This document shows positions 38,969-48,393 of a DNA stretch of 64,000 nt, in pieces. Source of the stretch: Candidatus Thorarchaeota archaeon (GTDB lineage Archaea; Asgardarchaeota; Thorarchaeia; Thorarchaeales; Thorarchaeaceae); the NCBI GenBank assembly GCA_048884965.1, contig JBHLQH010000005.1:1-64000 (forward strand), in the 5' to 3' direction. The translations under genes and the position numbers were made by a program. How positions within the stretch are numbered: the stretch's first letter is position 1; the number at the start of each line of letters is the position of its first letter. Under the pieces are notes generated by a model. That model had not been told where the DNA came from. It ran no database searches and worked only from the letters and a program-made list of their open reading frames with translations.

Positions 38969-39691
38969 ATGACAGAAATACTCTACATGACAGACAACTA
39001 CCTACGTGAATTTGAAGCAAGTATAACCGGAGTAACCAAGGACTCAATCATTCTCAATAAAAGTGCATTCTATTCTGAAGGTGGAGGTCAGATTGGCGAT
39101 ACTGGGATTCTGAAAGATGACCGTTTCGAAGTCAAAGTCCTAAACACCTTGAAGCGAGAGGAAGAGATTCATCATATTATTAGCGGTGTACATTCGTTCA
39201 AGGTTGGAGATTCAGTTACAGGAGTCTTGAATTGGAATCAGCGATACGAATGCATGAGGTTCCATACTGCGCAGCATATCCTTTCTAGATACCTTCAGAT
39301 TAACTATGGTCTAGAAACGGTTGGGAATCAGATCTCCTGCGGAACAAGTAGAGCTGACTACTCACCTTTGGATCAAATTGATGATGATATGAAGCAACGT
39401 GTTGCTGAAGGCGTGAATGAAATACTTGCAATGAACTTGCCAGTGAATATACAGTTTATGCCTCGACGCGATGCAATAGAATTCTTGAAGGAGCGAGGGT
39501 ATCAATATCGGTATCTTGAGATGGTTCCCCAACATGTTACGGATTTTAGAATAATTACAATTGGAGACTATGATGCGGCTTCGTGTGCAGGAACTCATGT
39601 CGCCAACACAAAAGAGATTGGAACTATACGCATCGGGAAAGCAAAGAACGTTGGATCGGGAAAGCGACGGATTTACTTCTCTCTTAGCTAA
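38969..39691 (+). CDS. Free-standing alanyl-tRNA editing protein AlaX-M
   Basis: FYSEGGGQIGDTG, HTAQH, CAGTH. Confidence 0.92.
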   Translation: MTEILYMTDNYLREFEASITGVTKDSIILNKSAFYSEGGGQIGDTGILKDDRFEVKVLNTLKREEEIHHIISGVHSFKVGDSVTGVLNWNQRYECMRFHTAQHILSRYLQINYGLETVGNQISCGTSRADYSPLDQIDDDMKQRVAEGVNEILAMNLPVNIQFMPRRDAIEFLKERGYQYRYLEMVPQHVTDFRIITIGDYDAASCAGTHVANTKEIGTIRIGKAKNVGSGKRRIYFSLS

Positions 39692-39753
39692 CTGGTTACA
39701 TGGTTGCCAACATCTTTATGTCTGAAATGTACTCTCAAAACAATGTGAGTGAA

Positions 39754-41046
39754 ATGAAGGCGCTCGTGCTAACTGCTGGACTCGGTAATCGACTTAGACC
39801 CTTGACGGAGAAACGGTCGAAATCAATGTTGATGATAGCTGGAAAACCTGTCTTACACTACATCTTTGAGAGTCTTAAGCAGAATGGAATTAAGGATGTC
39901 ATCGTTGTAGCTGGGCATGGAAGAGATGAGATAATTAGTCATTTTCAGCACGGCGGAGAAATTGGCCTTCAGATTCGCTATGTCATTCAACTCGAACAGA
40001 AGGGAGTTGAGGACGCTATTCTGTCTGCACGAAATGAGCTCGAGTCTGAAGACGAGTTCCTTCTTGTCAATGGTGATGTGCTTGTGGAACCAGAGATGGT
40101 CAGTCGAACCTTGACCAATCATAAGACTATGGACGCAAGTACTACGATGTTAGTAACTCTGGTATCAAATCCTGAGCAGTTTGGAACTATTAAAATTGGG
40201 AAAAATGGTATTGTCGAGCAGCTTGTGGAAAAAGGTGGACCTGATCGCTATGTCAGCAATTACGCTGTCGCAGGAGTTTCTGTCTTCAACTCTCAGATAC
40301 TCGCATTTCTTGAAAGATATGATACAATGGAGTCCGCAATTGAGCACATGATTAAGGAAAATCATAACATTCTCGCGTGTGTTTGGGAAAGGGAATGGGC
40401 GGAGTTCACTTGGCCTTGGGACATTCTCAAGGCAAATAGAATAGTGATGGATCGAGTATTGAAAGGAAAAGGCAGTTTCATTTCAGAGTCCGCAGAAGTT
40501 CATGACAGCGTTGTATTAGAAGGTCCCATCTATATTGATGACGATGCAGTGATTCGTCCGCATGCGTCTCTGAGGGGTCCCGTTTGGATTGGAAAAAGAG
40601 TCTATATTGGGAATAATTCTCTCGTTCGAGACTATTCAAGTCTATGCCAAGACGTTCATATCGGCTATGCCGTTGAGATAAGAAATAGTATGATATTTGA
40701 CAAAGTGGATATTGGACGGATGACCTATATTGCAGATTCTCTTGTAGGAGCCAATAGCTGCATTGAAGCAGGTGCTCAATTATGGAATTGGAGACCTGGC
40801 AACAAGCCTTTACATTTGGATGTTGGCGATGAGTCGGTCCAGATCCCTCTGAGCAAGTTTGGTGCTATAATTGGAGATGATGTAGTTATAGGAGTGAATT
40901 CATCGATATATCCTGCAAGACGAATCGGCGAAGGTAGCTTTATTGCACCTGGGTGTGTCATTGACAGGGATATTCCCCCGTTTAGCGAGGTTCGCAGTAA
41001 ACAAGACCTAGTGATCTCAAAACGCGAAAAGACCGAGAAATGCTGA
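39754..41046 (+). CDS. Sugar-1-phosphate nucleotidyltransferase with hexapeptide domain (archaeal GlmU-like)
   Basis: LTAGLGNRLRPLT...K, NGD, VEK, PWD, left-handed beta-helix repeats, KFGAIIGD. Confidence 0.9.
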   Translation: MKALVLTAGLGNRLRPLTEKRSKSMLMIAGKPVLHYIFESLKQNGIKDVIVVAGHGRDEIISHFQHGGEIGLQIRYVIQLEQKGVEDAILSARNELESEDEFLLVNGDVLVEPEMVSRTLTNHKTMDASTTMLVTLVSNPEQFGTIKIGKNGIVEQLVEKGGPDRYVSNYAVAGVSVFNSQILAFLERYDTMESAIEHMIKENHNILACVWEREWAEFTWPWDILKANRIVMDRVLKGKGSFISESAEVHDSVVLEGPIYIDDDAVIRPHASLRGPVWIGKRVYIGNNSLVRDYSSLCQDVHIGYAVEIRNSMIFDKVDIGRMTYIADSLVGANSCIEAGAQLWNWRPGNKPLHLDVGDESVQIPLSKFGAIIGDDVVIGVNSSIYPARRIGEGSFIAPGCVIDRDIPPFSEVRSKQDLVISKREKTEKC

Positions 41047-41091
41047 AAGAGCTAACTTGTCAATAAAAGTCCATTCCGGCCCATCTAAGAA

Positions 41092-41601
41092 TCACATATC
41101 ATTGTGTAAGGAAGGTAGCATTCCAAGCATTTCTAGAAGTGCATCAAGCTGTTCTATTTCATGTCCATCGAGCAAGCTCCTTATCTCTTGATATCCCAAG
41201 TATCTATCCTTTCCTGATCTGATGACATGGTCGAAGTATTTCCCAATGTATACTCTCTCAATAGCAAGGTATACTCCCAATCCTCTTGAAATTGCGTCCA
41301 GATCTGTATTCTGTTCATCAGGACTAGTATTCCTTTGAACAATATGGCTGAGTTCATGAGCGAGCAAACCGATTAGCGCAGGTTCTGGCCACTTCTTGAC
41401 TACTAAATTGCATCGAATTGTAGAAGTTATGCTAGATCCCAGTTCGACGAATGCAAAGGATGTTATTCTTTTCCAGGTTCCTAGTACTCCGACCTCTGAT
41501 AGTTCAGGATATGCATATGCTTTGATTGTTTCGATATACTCCTGCAGGGTCTTGCTTTGTGGAAACTGACTTTTTCTCACCTTGCATCGTTGCCTCACCA
41601 A
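41092..41601 (-). CDS. HExxH zinc-metallopeptidase-like hypothetical protein
   Basis: GLLAHELSH...DEQNTD..AI.RG. Confidence 0.7.
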   Translation of the reverse strand: MVRQRCKVRKSQFPQSKTLQEYIETIKAYAYPELSEVGVLGTWKRITSFAFVELGSSITSTIRCNLVVKKWPEPALIGLLAHELSHIVQRNTSPDEQNTDLDAISRGLGVYLAIERVYIGKYFDHVIRSGKDRYLGYQEIRSLLDGHEIEQLDALLEMLGMLPSLHNDM

Positions 41602-41681
41602 CTAACCTATGCGCATCTTTTTAAGCCAAACTCTAGACAATCGCGATGAACTGCGGAGCAAGATAACGGAGAGTAATTACT

Positions 41682-42668
41682 ATTAGCCGCAAGAAATGGG
41701 GAAAATCAGCCACGAAAACCGATAAGGTGATTCGTGACGCGATTCCAAAAACCGAAACATTGAGTGAGATTAATCAATACCTAGCAAAAGCAAGGTCTGT
41801 TACACCTTTTGACTTAGCGAACAGATTCGGGATTCGTATGAGTGTAGCTCGAAAGATTCTGCGAGAGAAAGAATCAGATGGTTCAGTAGTTCCATATATT
41901 CGAGAGAGTGGATTTGTTGTCTACACGACCCCCGCGGAGATTGCTAAGAGGGAAGGTGGAGCTCCTATTATGACAGCTGATGTTCTCGAAGAAATTTCTG
42001 CTTCTGTTACACACGAATCAGTCGTCGATGATGATATGGAAGCGGCTTTGGCTGCAGCAGCATCTTCAGCTGGTACAGTTGTTAAGCCAAGCAAACTTGC
42101 CTATAGACGACGTGAAGTCGGAGAGCGTAAGGAACGAAAAGAGTCTCGCCCTGAGATTGTAGTTGAACCTTTGACCAAGGAAGAAGAAGAGCCTGTAAAG
42201 AAGGTCGAAGAGAGACCTAGGAAGGTCGAAGAGAAGCCAAAGAAGGTCGAAGAGAAGCCAAAGAAGGTCGAAGAGAAGCCAAAGAAGGTCGAAGAGAAGC
42301 CAAAGAAGGCTGAAGAGAAGCCAAAGAAGGCTGAAGAGAAGCCAAAGAAGGCTGAAGAGAAGCCAAAGAAGGTCGAAGAGAAGCCAAAGAAGGTCGAAGA
42401 GAAGCCAAAGAAGGTCGAAGAGAAGCCAAAGAAAGCTGAGGAGAAAACTACCAAGAAGGTCAAGAAGCCTGAGCTTGAGGATATCGATGGCATTGGACCC
42501 AAGACTGCAGAAACTCTCCGAGCTAGTGGTTTCAAAACAGTAGCCTCAATATCAAAGGCCACTGTTGAAAAGCTCTCCCAGAAGGTTGATGGCATTGCAG
42601 AAACAACTGCAACTCAATACATCGAATCAGCGAAAAAGCTAATCGATGAATATGAGAAATCGAAATAG
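41682..42668 (+). CDS. rps25e: Ribosomal protein eS25 domain plus heptad-repeat linker plus HhH domain; probable ATT start
   Basis: KKWGK...VTPFDLANRFGIRMSVARKILRE...VVYT; C-terminal LEDIDGIGPKTA...VDGIA; the first canonical start (GTG 41727) would cut off KKW. Confidence 0.8.
   Translation: MSRKKWGKSATKTDKVIRDAIPKTETLSEINQYLAKARSVTPFDLANRFGIRMSVARKILREKESDGSVVPYIRESGFVVYTTPAEIAKREGGAPIMTADVLEEISASVTHESVVDDDMEAALAAAASSAGTVVKPSKLAYRRREVGERKERKESRPEIVVEPLTKEEEEPVKKVEERPRKVEEKPKKVEEKPKKVEEKPKKVEEKPKKAEEKPKKAEEKPKKAEEKPKKVEEKPKKVEEKPKKVEEKPKKAEEKTTKKVKKPELEDIDGIGPKTAETLRASGFKTVASISKATVEKLSQKVDGIAETTATQYIESAKKLIDEYEKSK
42198..42449 (+). repeat. 12 x 21-bp coding tandem repeat (KK[V/A]EEKP)
   Basis: AAGAAGG(TC/CT)GAAGAGAAGCCA units; first two and last units slightly diverged. 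Confidence 0.95.
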
Positions 42669-42692
42669 TATCCTTCAAGGAACATTGGAACT

Positions 42693-42724
42693 GGAGGCAC
42701 ACTAGCCTCCTTTTCTCTTCTTTT
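42693..42724 (+). terminator. Hairpin plus U-tract after the eS25 fusion gene
   Basis: GGAGGC/GCCTCC then TTTTCTCTTCTTTT. Confidence 0.6.
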
Positions 42725-42804
42725 GTATTTGCTATACGAATAAGAAAAAGAGAGAAGGAAAGCAGCAAAAGCCGCTCATTTCCTTCATATTCAAATCTTC
42801 TGAT

Positions 42805-43401
42805 CTACTTGAGTGCCGCAATCTGTTTATCCAAATCCTCAAGCTGCGAATCAAGCTCGGCTTCCTTTGTTTTATATTCATCTTCGGGTATGTATCCCCG
42901 CATGTAATCAAATCGCAAATCTGTAAGTGCCGCCTTAAGACGATCCTTTTGCTGAAGAAGGAAATCGAGTTGATCATCACTCTCCTTCGGTGGTTCGGTA
43001 ATCACTTGCGCAGCAGGTTTTACTACTGGTGCTGGCTCAGGAACTGGCTCAGGTTCTGGCTCGGGCTCAGGTTCTGGCTCAATTTCTGGGGCTGGCTCTG
43101 GTTCAGGAATCGGCTCAGGCTCAGCAACAGCAGTAGGTTGAGGTGCTGGAGTCGGAGCCGCGTCAACTTTTGGGGCTTTGCTGGCTTGGACAGTTTCCAT
43201 CTGTTCCATGTTCTTCCGCAATGAATCTATTTGATTTGCAATCTCTGTGAAGCTATCGTTGATTGTCTGGTTTATCGACATCTTCATCTTTGCAAAATTC
43301 TCAGCGAGTTGATCAGCTAGCTTCTTAGTTTCTGCAACATTACTAGCGAAGCCCTCTATTGCTTTTAGTTTCTCTAATATCTCACCAATGTCAAAGGCCA
43401 T
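42805..43401 (-). CDS. Coiled coil, (PE)n linker and C-terminal helical hairpin (SHOCT/steadiness-box-like)
   Basis: PEPEPE tract; ALTDLRFDYMRGYIPEDEY. Confidence 0.75.
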   Translation of the reverse strand: MAFDIGEILEKLKAIEGFASNVAETKKLADQLAENFAKMKMSINQTINDSFTEIANQIDSLRKNMEQMETVQASKAPKVDAAPTPAPQPTAVAEPEPIPEPEPAPEIEPEPEPEPEPEPVPEPAPVVKPAAQVITEPPKESDDQLDFLLQQKDRLKAALTDLRFDYMRGYIPEDEYKTKEAELDSQLEDLDKQIAALK

Positions 43402-43509
43402 GAATTGTCACCTTGTTAATTGCCCTTCTGGACTAATTCCTTGGTCCACGTTCTTAACCTTTGTCATGACCTATACATATTATATCTTATTTTTGGGCAA
43501 TTTCTCTCT

Positions 43510-44361
43510 CTAATTATCCTTCTTATCGGATTTTCCTTCAAGAATTGCTCTTCGTATAATCTGAATCAATCTATCTCTATACGAAATGTCGATAGCAACA
43601 AGCTCGTAGGTTGCTACTCCTAGGATTTGACCGACCCGTTCAGGTGTAAGAGCAGTTGGGAGGTCTTGTTTGTTCGCAATACCGATTACTTTGGCATCTG
43701 GAACTTCCTCTTTTACTAGAGAAACCAACTTCTTACTGCGAAGAACGTTCTCTAGGGTACTATCCGTTACAATCACAACCACCTGTGCATTCGCAATCAT
43801 CTTTGCCCATAATATACTGAATCTAGATTGTCCTGCCAAATCCCATAGCACAATGTTGGCATTCTCTACTTCTTCAGGAAGTTTCTTGATACTTACCCCA
43901 ATCGTTGGATCATGAACTAGCGGAAGGGTTTCCCCTCTGAGTAGGTGGAGAGTCGTGGTCTTTCCGACTCCCGCGAATCCCAAGATAGCAACCTTTACCA
44001 TCGTAACAGCGATTTCATCTACTTTTGCGTCGAAACCGTCAAGTGGCTGATGAGTTCTAGCAAGTTCGATATATTCTCGTCTAAACGCTTCAACAAGCTG
44101 ACCCACTTTCTCCTCAATCTGAGAAGAATCATCTGCTTTGTCAGCTATGAAAATAAACGTGAATTCTTCGCGTACCGCATAGAAGAAACGAGCTGATGAT
44201 AGATTCATGAACTCAGTTTTACCATCTAGATCGACTGTTCCGAGAAAATTTGTCAAGTTCACTAGAAACTCAATAAGACTACTCCTTGAGTCGCTCTCTG
44301 CATACTCTTTTGTGAAAATAATATTGCCCGTACTCTCGAGTATGTAGACACTCCTAATCAC
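43510..44361 (-). CDS. Longin domain / Ras-superfamily small GTPase fusion
   Basis: MIRSVYILESTGNIIFTKEY longin start; GFAGVGKTT, PTIG, WDLAGQ, NKQD. Confidence 0.9.
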   Translation of the reverse strand: MIRSVYILESTGNIIFTKEYAESDSRSSLIEFLVNLTNFLGTVDLDGKTEFMNLSSARFFYAVREEFTFIFIADKADDSSQIEEKVGQLVEAFRREYIELARTHQPLDGFDAKVDEIAVTMVKVAILGFAGVGKTTTLHLLRGETLPLVHDPTIGVSIKKLPEEVENANIVLWDLAGQSRFSILWAKMIANAQVVVIVTDSTLENVLRSKKLVSLVKEEVPDAKVIGIANKQDLPTALTPERVGQILGVATYELVAIDISYRDRLIQIIRRAILEGKSDKKDN

Positions 44362-45470
44362 TAGTTTTCACTCCACGTTTCAGCTAACAAGTCGTAGTAT
44401 CTGCTAGCGGTTTCAATATTTATCTCCTTATCAACCAATTTGTGAGATACAATCGGTATTCCATATTCTGGCATAAATACCTCAATTGTTGGATTAGTAA
44501 TTAATCCCCATAAATTCTCCGTCTCGAAGTAAGAAACAATACGTTCTGATTCAAGTGCCCATAACGAGTTCTGTACAACTTTGATGGGCAAGGAAGTTAT
44601 TTTGGAAATTCCCTCCACTGAAAGAGGCTCATTTCTGATTGCTGATAGTACCGCATAGTGCAATCTATTGGCAAGTATCCTCGCAATCATCTCTCGATCA
44701 TCTACGATTGGCGAATTGGGATCATCAACGGGTAGAGCAGGATTGTATCCCTTCTCAGGTGGTGGAGGAGAAAAGAATGCTTTTACTGAGGTCATATACT
44801 TCTGAGCAAGTGTTGAATCCTCTTCTATTACCTTTGTAAGTGAATTCACAGGTGGGGACCTATAACAGAAAATATCCTTGATCAGAAATACAATTTCTCT
44901 CGTCTTGCCTATCATCTCTACTTTTACTATGTTTGATTTGATTAAGGGCGAAACCGCCTCTCTGATATCAACTGTATCACTTTGAATCTCATTCTTAAGC
45001 CAAATCGATAGCTTCGCTGCGCTTTCGACACATACCTGTTGCATACGCTCTAGTATCAAAGCTGTTGATGGTGTAAGGAAGACCTCTGCCATTCTCTGCT
45101 CCTCGGTTTTCCTAGGCAGAATGCTCCTATTTTCTAGAATCTCCTGCAAATCTATTACATCTGGAGTTGTGGCTAATAGTTCAAGAATCAACCTACTCAT
45201 TCCAGATATCAGATTCGCATATGCATTGACATCCTCTTCATCGGATACAATGTAACAGATCATCCAGCTAGGATAGTTGTTGTGCATGTAAGATACAATC
45301 TTCCTGCCGTCAATCTCAGATAATTTGAGGTTTGATTGTCCTTCCCCCTGATGAACGAAGTACAATTCGTTGATTAGTCTCTCGTTTAGTGACAACGAAG
45401 CAGGATACCTTTTCTCAACTATGAAACCATGATAATCATCAAGATGAACAACGAATGCAGATTCTAGCAT
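44361..45470 (-). CDS. uDENN/NPRL2-type longin domain plus winged-helix domains
   Basis: LESAFVVHLDDYHGFIVEKRYP N-terminus; C-terminal wHTH (PLSVEGISKITSLP...LWALESERIV); AGGAGG SD. Confidence 0.65.
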   Translation of the reverse strand: MLESAFVVHLDDYHGFIVEKRYPASLSLNERLINELYFVHQGEGQSNLKLSEIDGRKIVSYMHNNYPSWMICYIVSDEEDVNAYANLISGMSRLILELLATTPDVIDLQEILENRSILPRKTEEQRMAEVFLTPSTALILERMQQVCVESAAKLSIWLKNEIQSDTVDIREAVSPLIKSNIVKVEMIGKTREIVFLIKDIFCYRSPPVNSLTKVIEEDSTLAQKYMTSVKAFFSPPPPEKGYNPALPVDDPNSPIVDDREMIARILANRLHYAVLSAIRNEPLSVEGISKITSLPIKVVQNSLWALESERIVSYFETENLWGLITNPTIEVFMPEYGIPIVSHKLVDKEINIETASRYYDLLAETWSEN

Positions 45471-45532
45471 GATTAGCCTCCTGTCAGAGTGAATATATTT
45501 TCCAAATATTTATTCCCTAGATGAATGGTTCA

Positions 45533-45943
45533 CTAGTTTGTTAGTGTATCAACATCATGATTAATGCATCTAATTAGACTTGCCTCATCTAAGATCCAGC
45601 AGTTTTCGCATACGATGTTTCCACAGATGGAACACGTACCAAGATATTGTGTGAATGTTCCAAGCTTGTTCTCTTCCATCGCAAAGGAATGTTCTGCACA
45701 GTATCCTTTGGAACATCGAACGCAAAAGGTTGTCGGTTGCCTAGCGCAAATCCAACATCTTGCGAGAGTTGAATCCTGTTGGGATACTGGATTCCTAGTA
45801 GTATCAGTACTCCCAACGCATCCTTCCCGTTCGCAAGTTCCAATCCCTTTATAGCAGCCACATATCTTGCAGAATGGATCCAATTCTGGTGAATATGCTC
45901 TTTTAGCTAAAATTTGCACACTCCCGTGTTTTACAGTCGTCAA
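45533..45943 (-). CDS. Cys/His-rich multi-zinc-finger protein (B-box-like)
   Basis: CKICG..C....C; CWIC....CVRC...YCAEH; CSICG..VCENC...C..H. Confidence 0.7.
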   Translation of the reverse strand: MTTVKHGSVQILAKRAYSPELDPFCKICGCYKGIGTCEREGCVGSTDTTRNPVSQQDSTLARCWICARQPTTFCVRCSKGYCAEHSFAMEENKLGTFTQYLGTCSICGNIVCENCWILDEASLIRCINHDVDTLTN

Positions 45944-46001
45944 GTATACTGCTAGAAAGGATGAAAAGGGTTCTCATTTCTTGTGATAGTGTGGACAAGA
46001 A

Positions 46002-48338
46002 ATGGACCTTGAAGGCAAGAACTTGATCATTCCAATTACCGCAACTCGCCACTTGGCAATAGATGGCGGCCCTCCAATGGTACAAGCGATTCCAGAGGAA
46101 TATGTATTTGCTGCCAATGCTTTGCTCTTCTTGAATATGAGCAAAGGGGAAGATCTGGAGTTCCTCATGAAAGCGTATCTGCCAGTAAAGTTGCTACGCC
46201 TATCTCGTTCAGCATGCGCTTTTATTGATATGCTTGGTCTTATTTCTTCACAGGTTCGGTTGTTCAAACCTGATGATGTACAGAAACTCCTAACCAGCTT
46301 AGAAGAATCTAGTAATTCAAATGCAATTGAGAAGATTACAGATAAAATGATTGAGGCACTTGTCAAGACAGCATCCGCTAAACCAAAATCCGTGGTTGGA
46401 CTTATAGGTGGTCATCATGTCAATGCCTTATCCAGCCTCTTACAATGGCCAACTACTTCCTATTTAGAACCTTATGCCTTCGTACTTCCTTCAATAGTCA
46501 ATGAACGGAATCTATCAATAATCTCTGATTCTATGAAACATGCTCATGAATATCTTATCACACTTCGAGAAGCAACTCGAAAGTTTGATGAGGTCCTAGA
46601 TAGACATGTGTCATTTCTTTCAGCCAAGACATCTTCCTCTGTTTCCGGACGATTGAAACGTTTGGAAGAACGACTGAAAACCTTAGAGGATGAAATATCT
46701 TATCTTGAGTCCAGAAAGGAGCAATTCTCTTCAAGAAAGGACATCAGTACCGATACTCAGAAAAGAATCAATGAAATCGAGTCCAGTTTGAAAGCTCGAA
46801 CATCTGCATATGAGAGAGATATGGAACGCAAGAAAAAGCTGGAAGCGGAAGTTTCAGACACAACTGATTCTCTTAGTACGGCTCAGGATAAGCTTCGAGG
46901 TACTATCAAGAAAGTATGGATTGACATTGAAAAGGTCAAGAAAGAATATGAGAGTGTCACGGGACAGTATGCATCTGGTGACGAAACAGACGATGGCGAT
47001 TACCTTCTCATTCCGCTTTATCTCGCAGGACTATCCAGAAAGGGGCAACTACGTGTTGTCATTGTCCCTCCAAAACAGCTTATGGAGGATCCAGAAAAAG
47101 TAAGTCTGAGACGTGATTTCGTCTATCCGTTTGCCACAGCTAATTCTCAAGCAGATGTTCTAATACGAATACTCACTGAGCGTGCCAATCAGGATATTGC
47201 GTTTAGAAAAACCCTTAGAGATGCTTCTCGCGAGAGGAATCTACTGGCCTTAGAGCCTTCACGAGCCCTATTGAAGGAAGGAGCTGGACTTCTGTTAGCT
47301 GATGGTTTGGCAAAACCCTCTGAGATTCAGGAATTGGAGAGTTATCTTGCCAATGTCCCACCTCAATCCATGGAATTAAGGGTGCCAAAACGCATCACGG
47401 GAGACACCTCAAGCGGAGACGCATGCAAAGTCATATTCAGTGTTTTTGATGATACTGGTAGTCCCGTAGAAAATGCAGTCATTGAGATAGGTCCCATCCG
47501 ATTACAGACAAATAGTTCTGGAAGGTCTGATGTAGTATTAGCTTTTAGTAACTATGAAGGAATAGTTGAAGCCAGAGGGTACAAGAGAAAATCCTTTGAC
47601 TTCACTTTGAGCAAGACTGGAGATATTGTGCTTCCATTGGTGCTGACTGAGTTATCACATGAAGAAAAGTTGGATTTGGAACTAGATTCTCTTGTTGGCC
47701 GAGCAGAACGTATCGCATTAATTAAATCACGATTGGCTGAGGCATTTGATAAGCATGGCGACACATTACTCCAAATCCCTGCGTATAGAAACGTCCTCGT
47801 TGAGATGCTCATCGAATTAGGGCTTGAACCCGAAAGCTGGATTGCAGAGGCAAAGAAACAACGAGGTATGATGCAGCGACTCCTCCGACGTGACGAAAGG
47901 GAAGAGAGAATTCGTCGTGACATTCTGCGTATTGCTGAGGAATCAAAGCAAGCTGGAGGCATCATGCTACTCTCAGAACTGATTCTTCGAATGGATTCCC
48001 TTGGTTGGGAAATCAGTGCAGATTTTCTAGAGAATATGATTAAGGATATGGCAAAGGAAGGCTTGCTGGAAGGAGTGACAAGTCTGGAAAATGGTGCGAA
48101 GCTTGTCAAGTTCATTCCGGTAGCTCTTACAGATGATCCTCAGAAGATATTGAGTCTTGCATCTCAGAATGATGGTCGCATCTCCATCGAAGAGGCTGTC
48201 GTAGAGCTCAATTGGACTGAGGAAAGAGTGCGAAACGCTCTTGATCTACTCGTTGCGAACGGTGTGGCGAAGCTACAACGAAGCTTTTCACGTAGTACAC
48301 AATACTGGTTCCCAGGTCTCAAGGGTCGAAAGACATAA
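46002..48338 (+). CDS. Coiled coil, beta-sandwich and C-terminal Vps22/EAP30 (ESCRT-II) domain
   Basis: FDKHG..L.QIPAYR...M..LG..P; GGIMLLSEL; P..LTDDPQKIL.LA..NDG.IS.E....LNWTEER.RNALD.L...G.A...YWFPGL parallels SNF8. Confidence 0.85.
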   Translation: MDLEGKNLIIPITATRHLAIDGGPPMVQAIPEEYVFAANALLFLNMSKGEDLEFLMKAYLPVKLLRLSRSACAFIDMLGLISSQVRLFKPDDVQKLLTSLEESSNSNAIEKITDKMIEALVKTASAKPKSVVGLIGGHHVNALSSLLQWPTTSYLEPYAFVLPSIVNERNLSIISDSMKHAHEYLITLREATRKFDEVLDRHVSFLSAKTSSSVSGRLKRLEERLKTLEDEISYLESRKEQFSSRKDISTDTQKRINEIESSLKARTSAYERDMERKKKLEAEVSDTTDSLSTAQDKLRGTIKKVWIDIEKVKKEYESVTGQYASGDETDDGDYLLIPLYLAGLSRKGQLRVVIVPPKQLMEDPEKVSLRRDFVYPFATANSQADVLIRILTERANQDIAFRKTLRDASRERNLLALEPSRALLKEGAGLLLADGLAKPSEIQELESYLANVPPQSMELRVPKRITGDTSSGDACKVIFSVFDDTGSPVENAVIEIGPIRLQTNSSGRSDVVLAFSNYEGIVEARGYKRKSFDFTLSKTGDIVLPLVLTELSHEEKLDLELDSLVGRAERIALIKSRLAEAFDKHGDTLLQIPAYRNVLVEMLIELGLEPESWIAEAKKQRGMMQRLLRRDEREERIRRDILRIAEESKQAGGIMLLSELILRMDSLGWEISADFLENMIKDMAKEGLLEGVTSLENGAKLVKFIPVALTDDPQKILSLASQNDGRISIEEAVVELNWTEERVRNALDLLVANGVAKLQRSFSRSTQYWFPGLKGRKT

Positions 48339-48393
48339 GATTAGGTCTTTCAAAGCTCTTTCAAACCGTTGGTTATCGTTAGGGGTATATCGA

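Noticed and set aside
42198-42449. 21-bp repeats as a CRISPR array
   Set aside because: Contiguous units without spacers, in frame within a CDS, and no cas genes nearby
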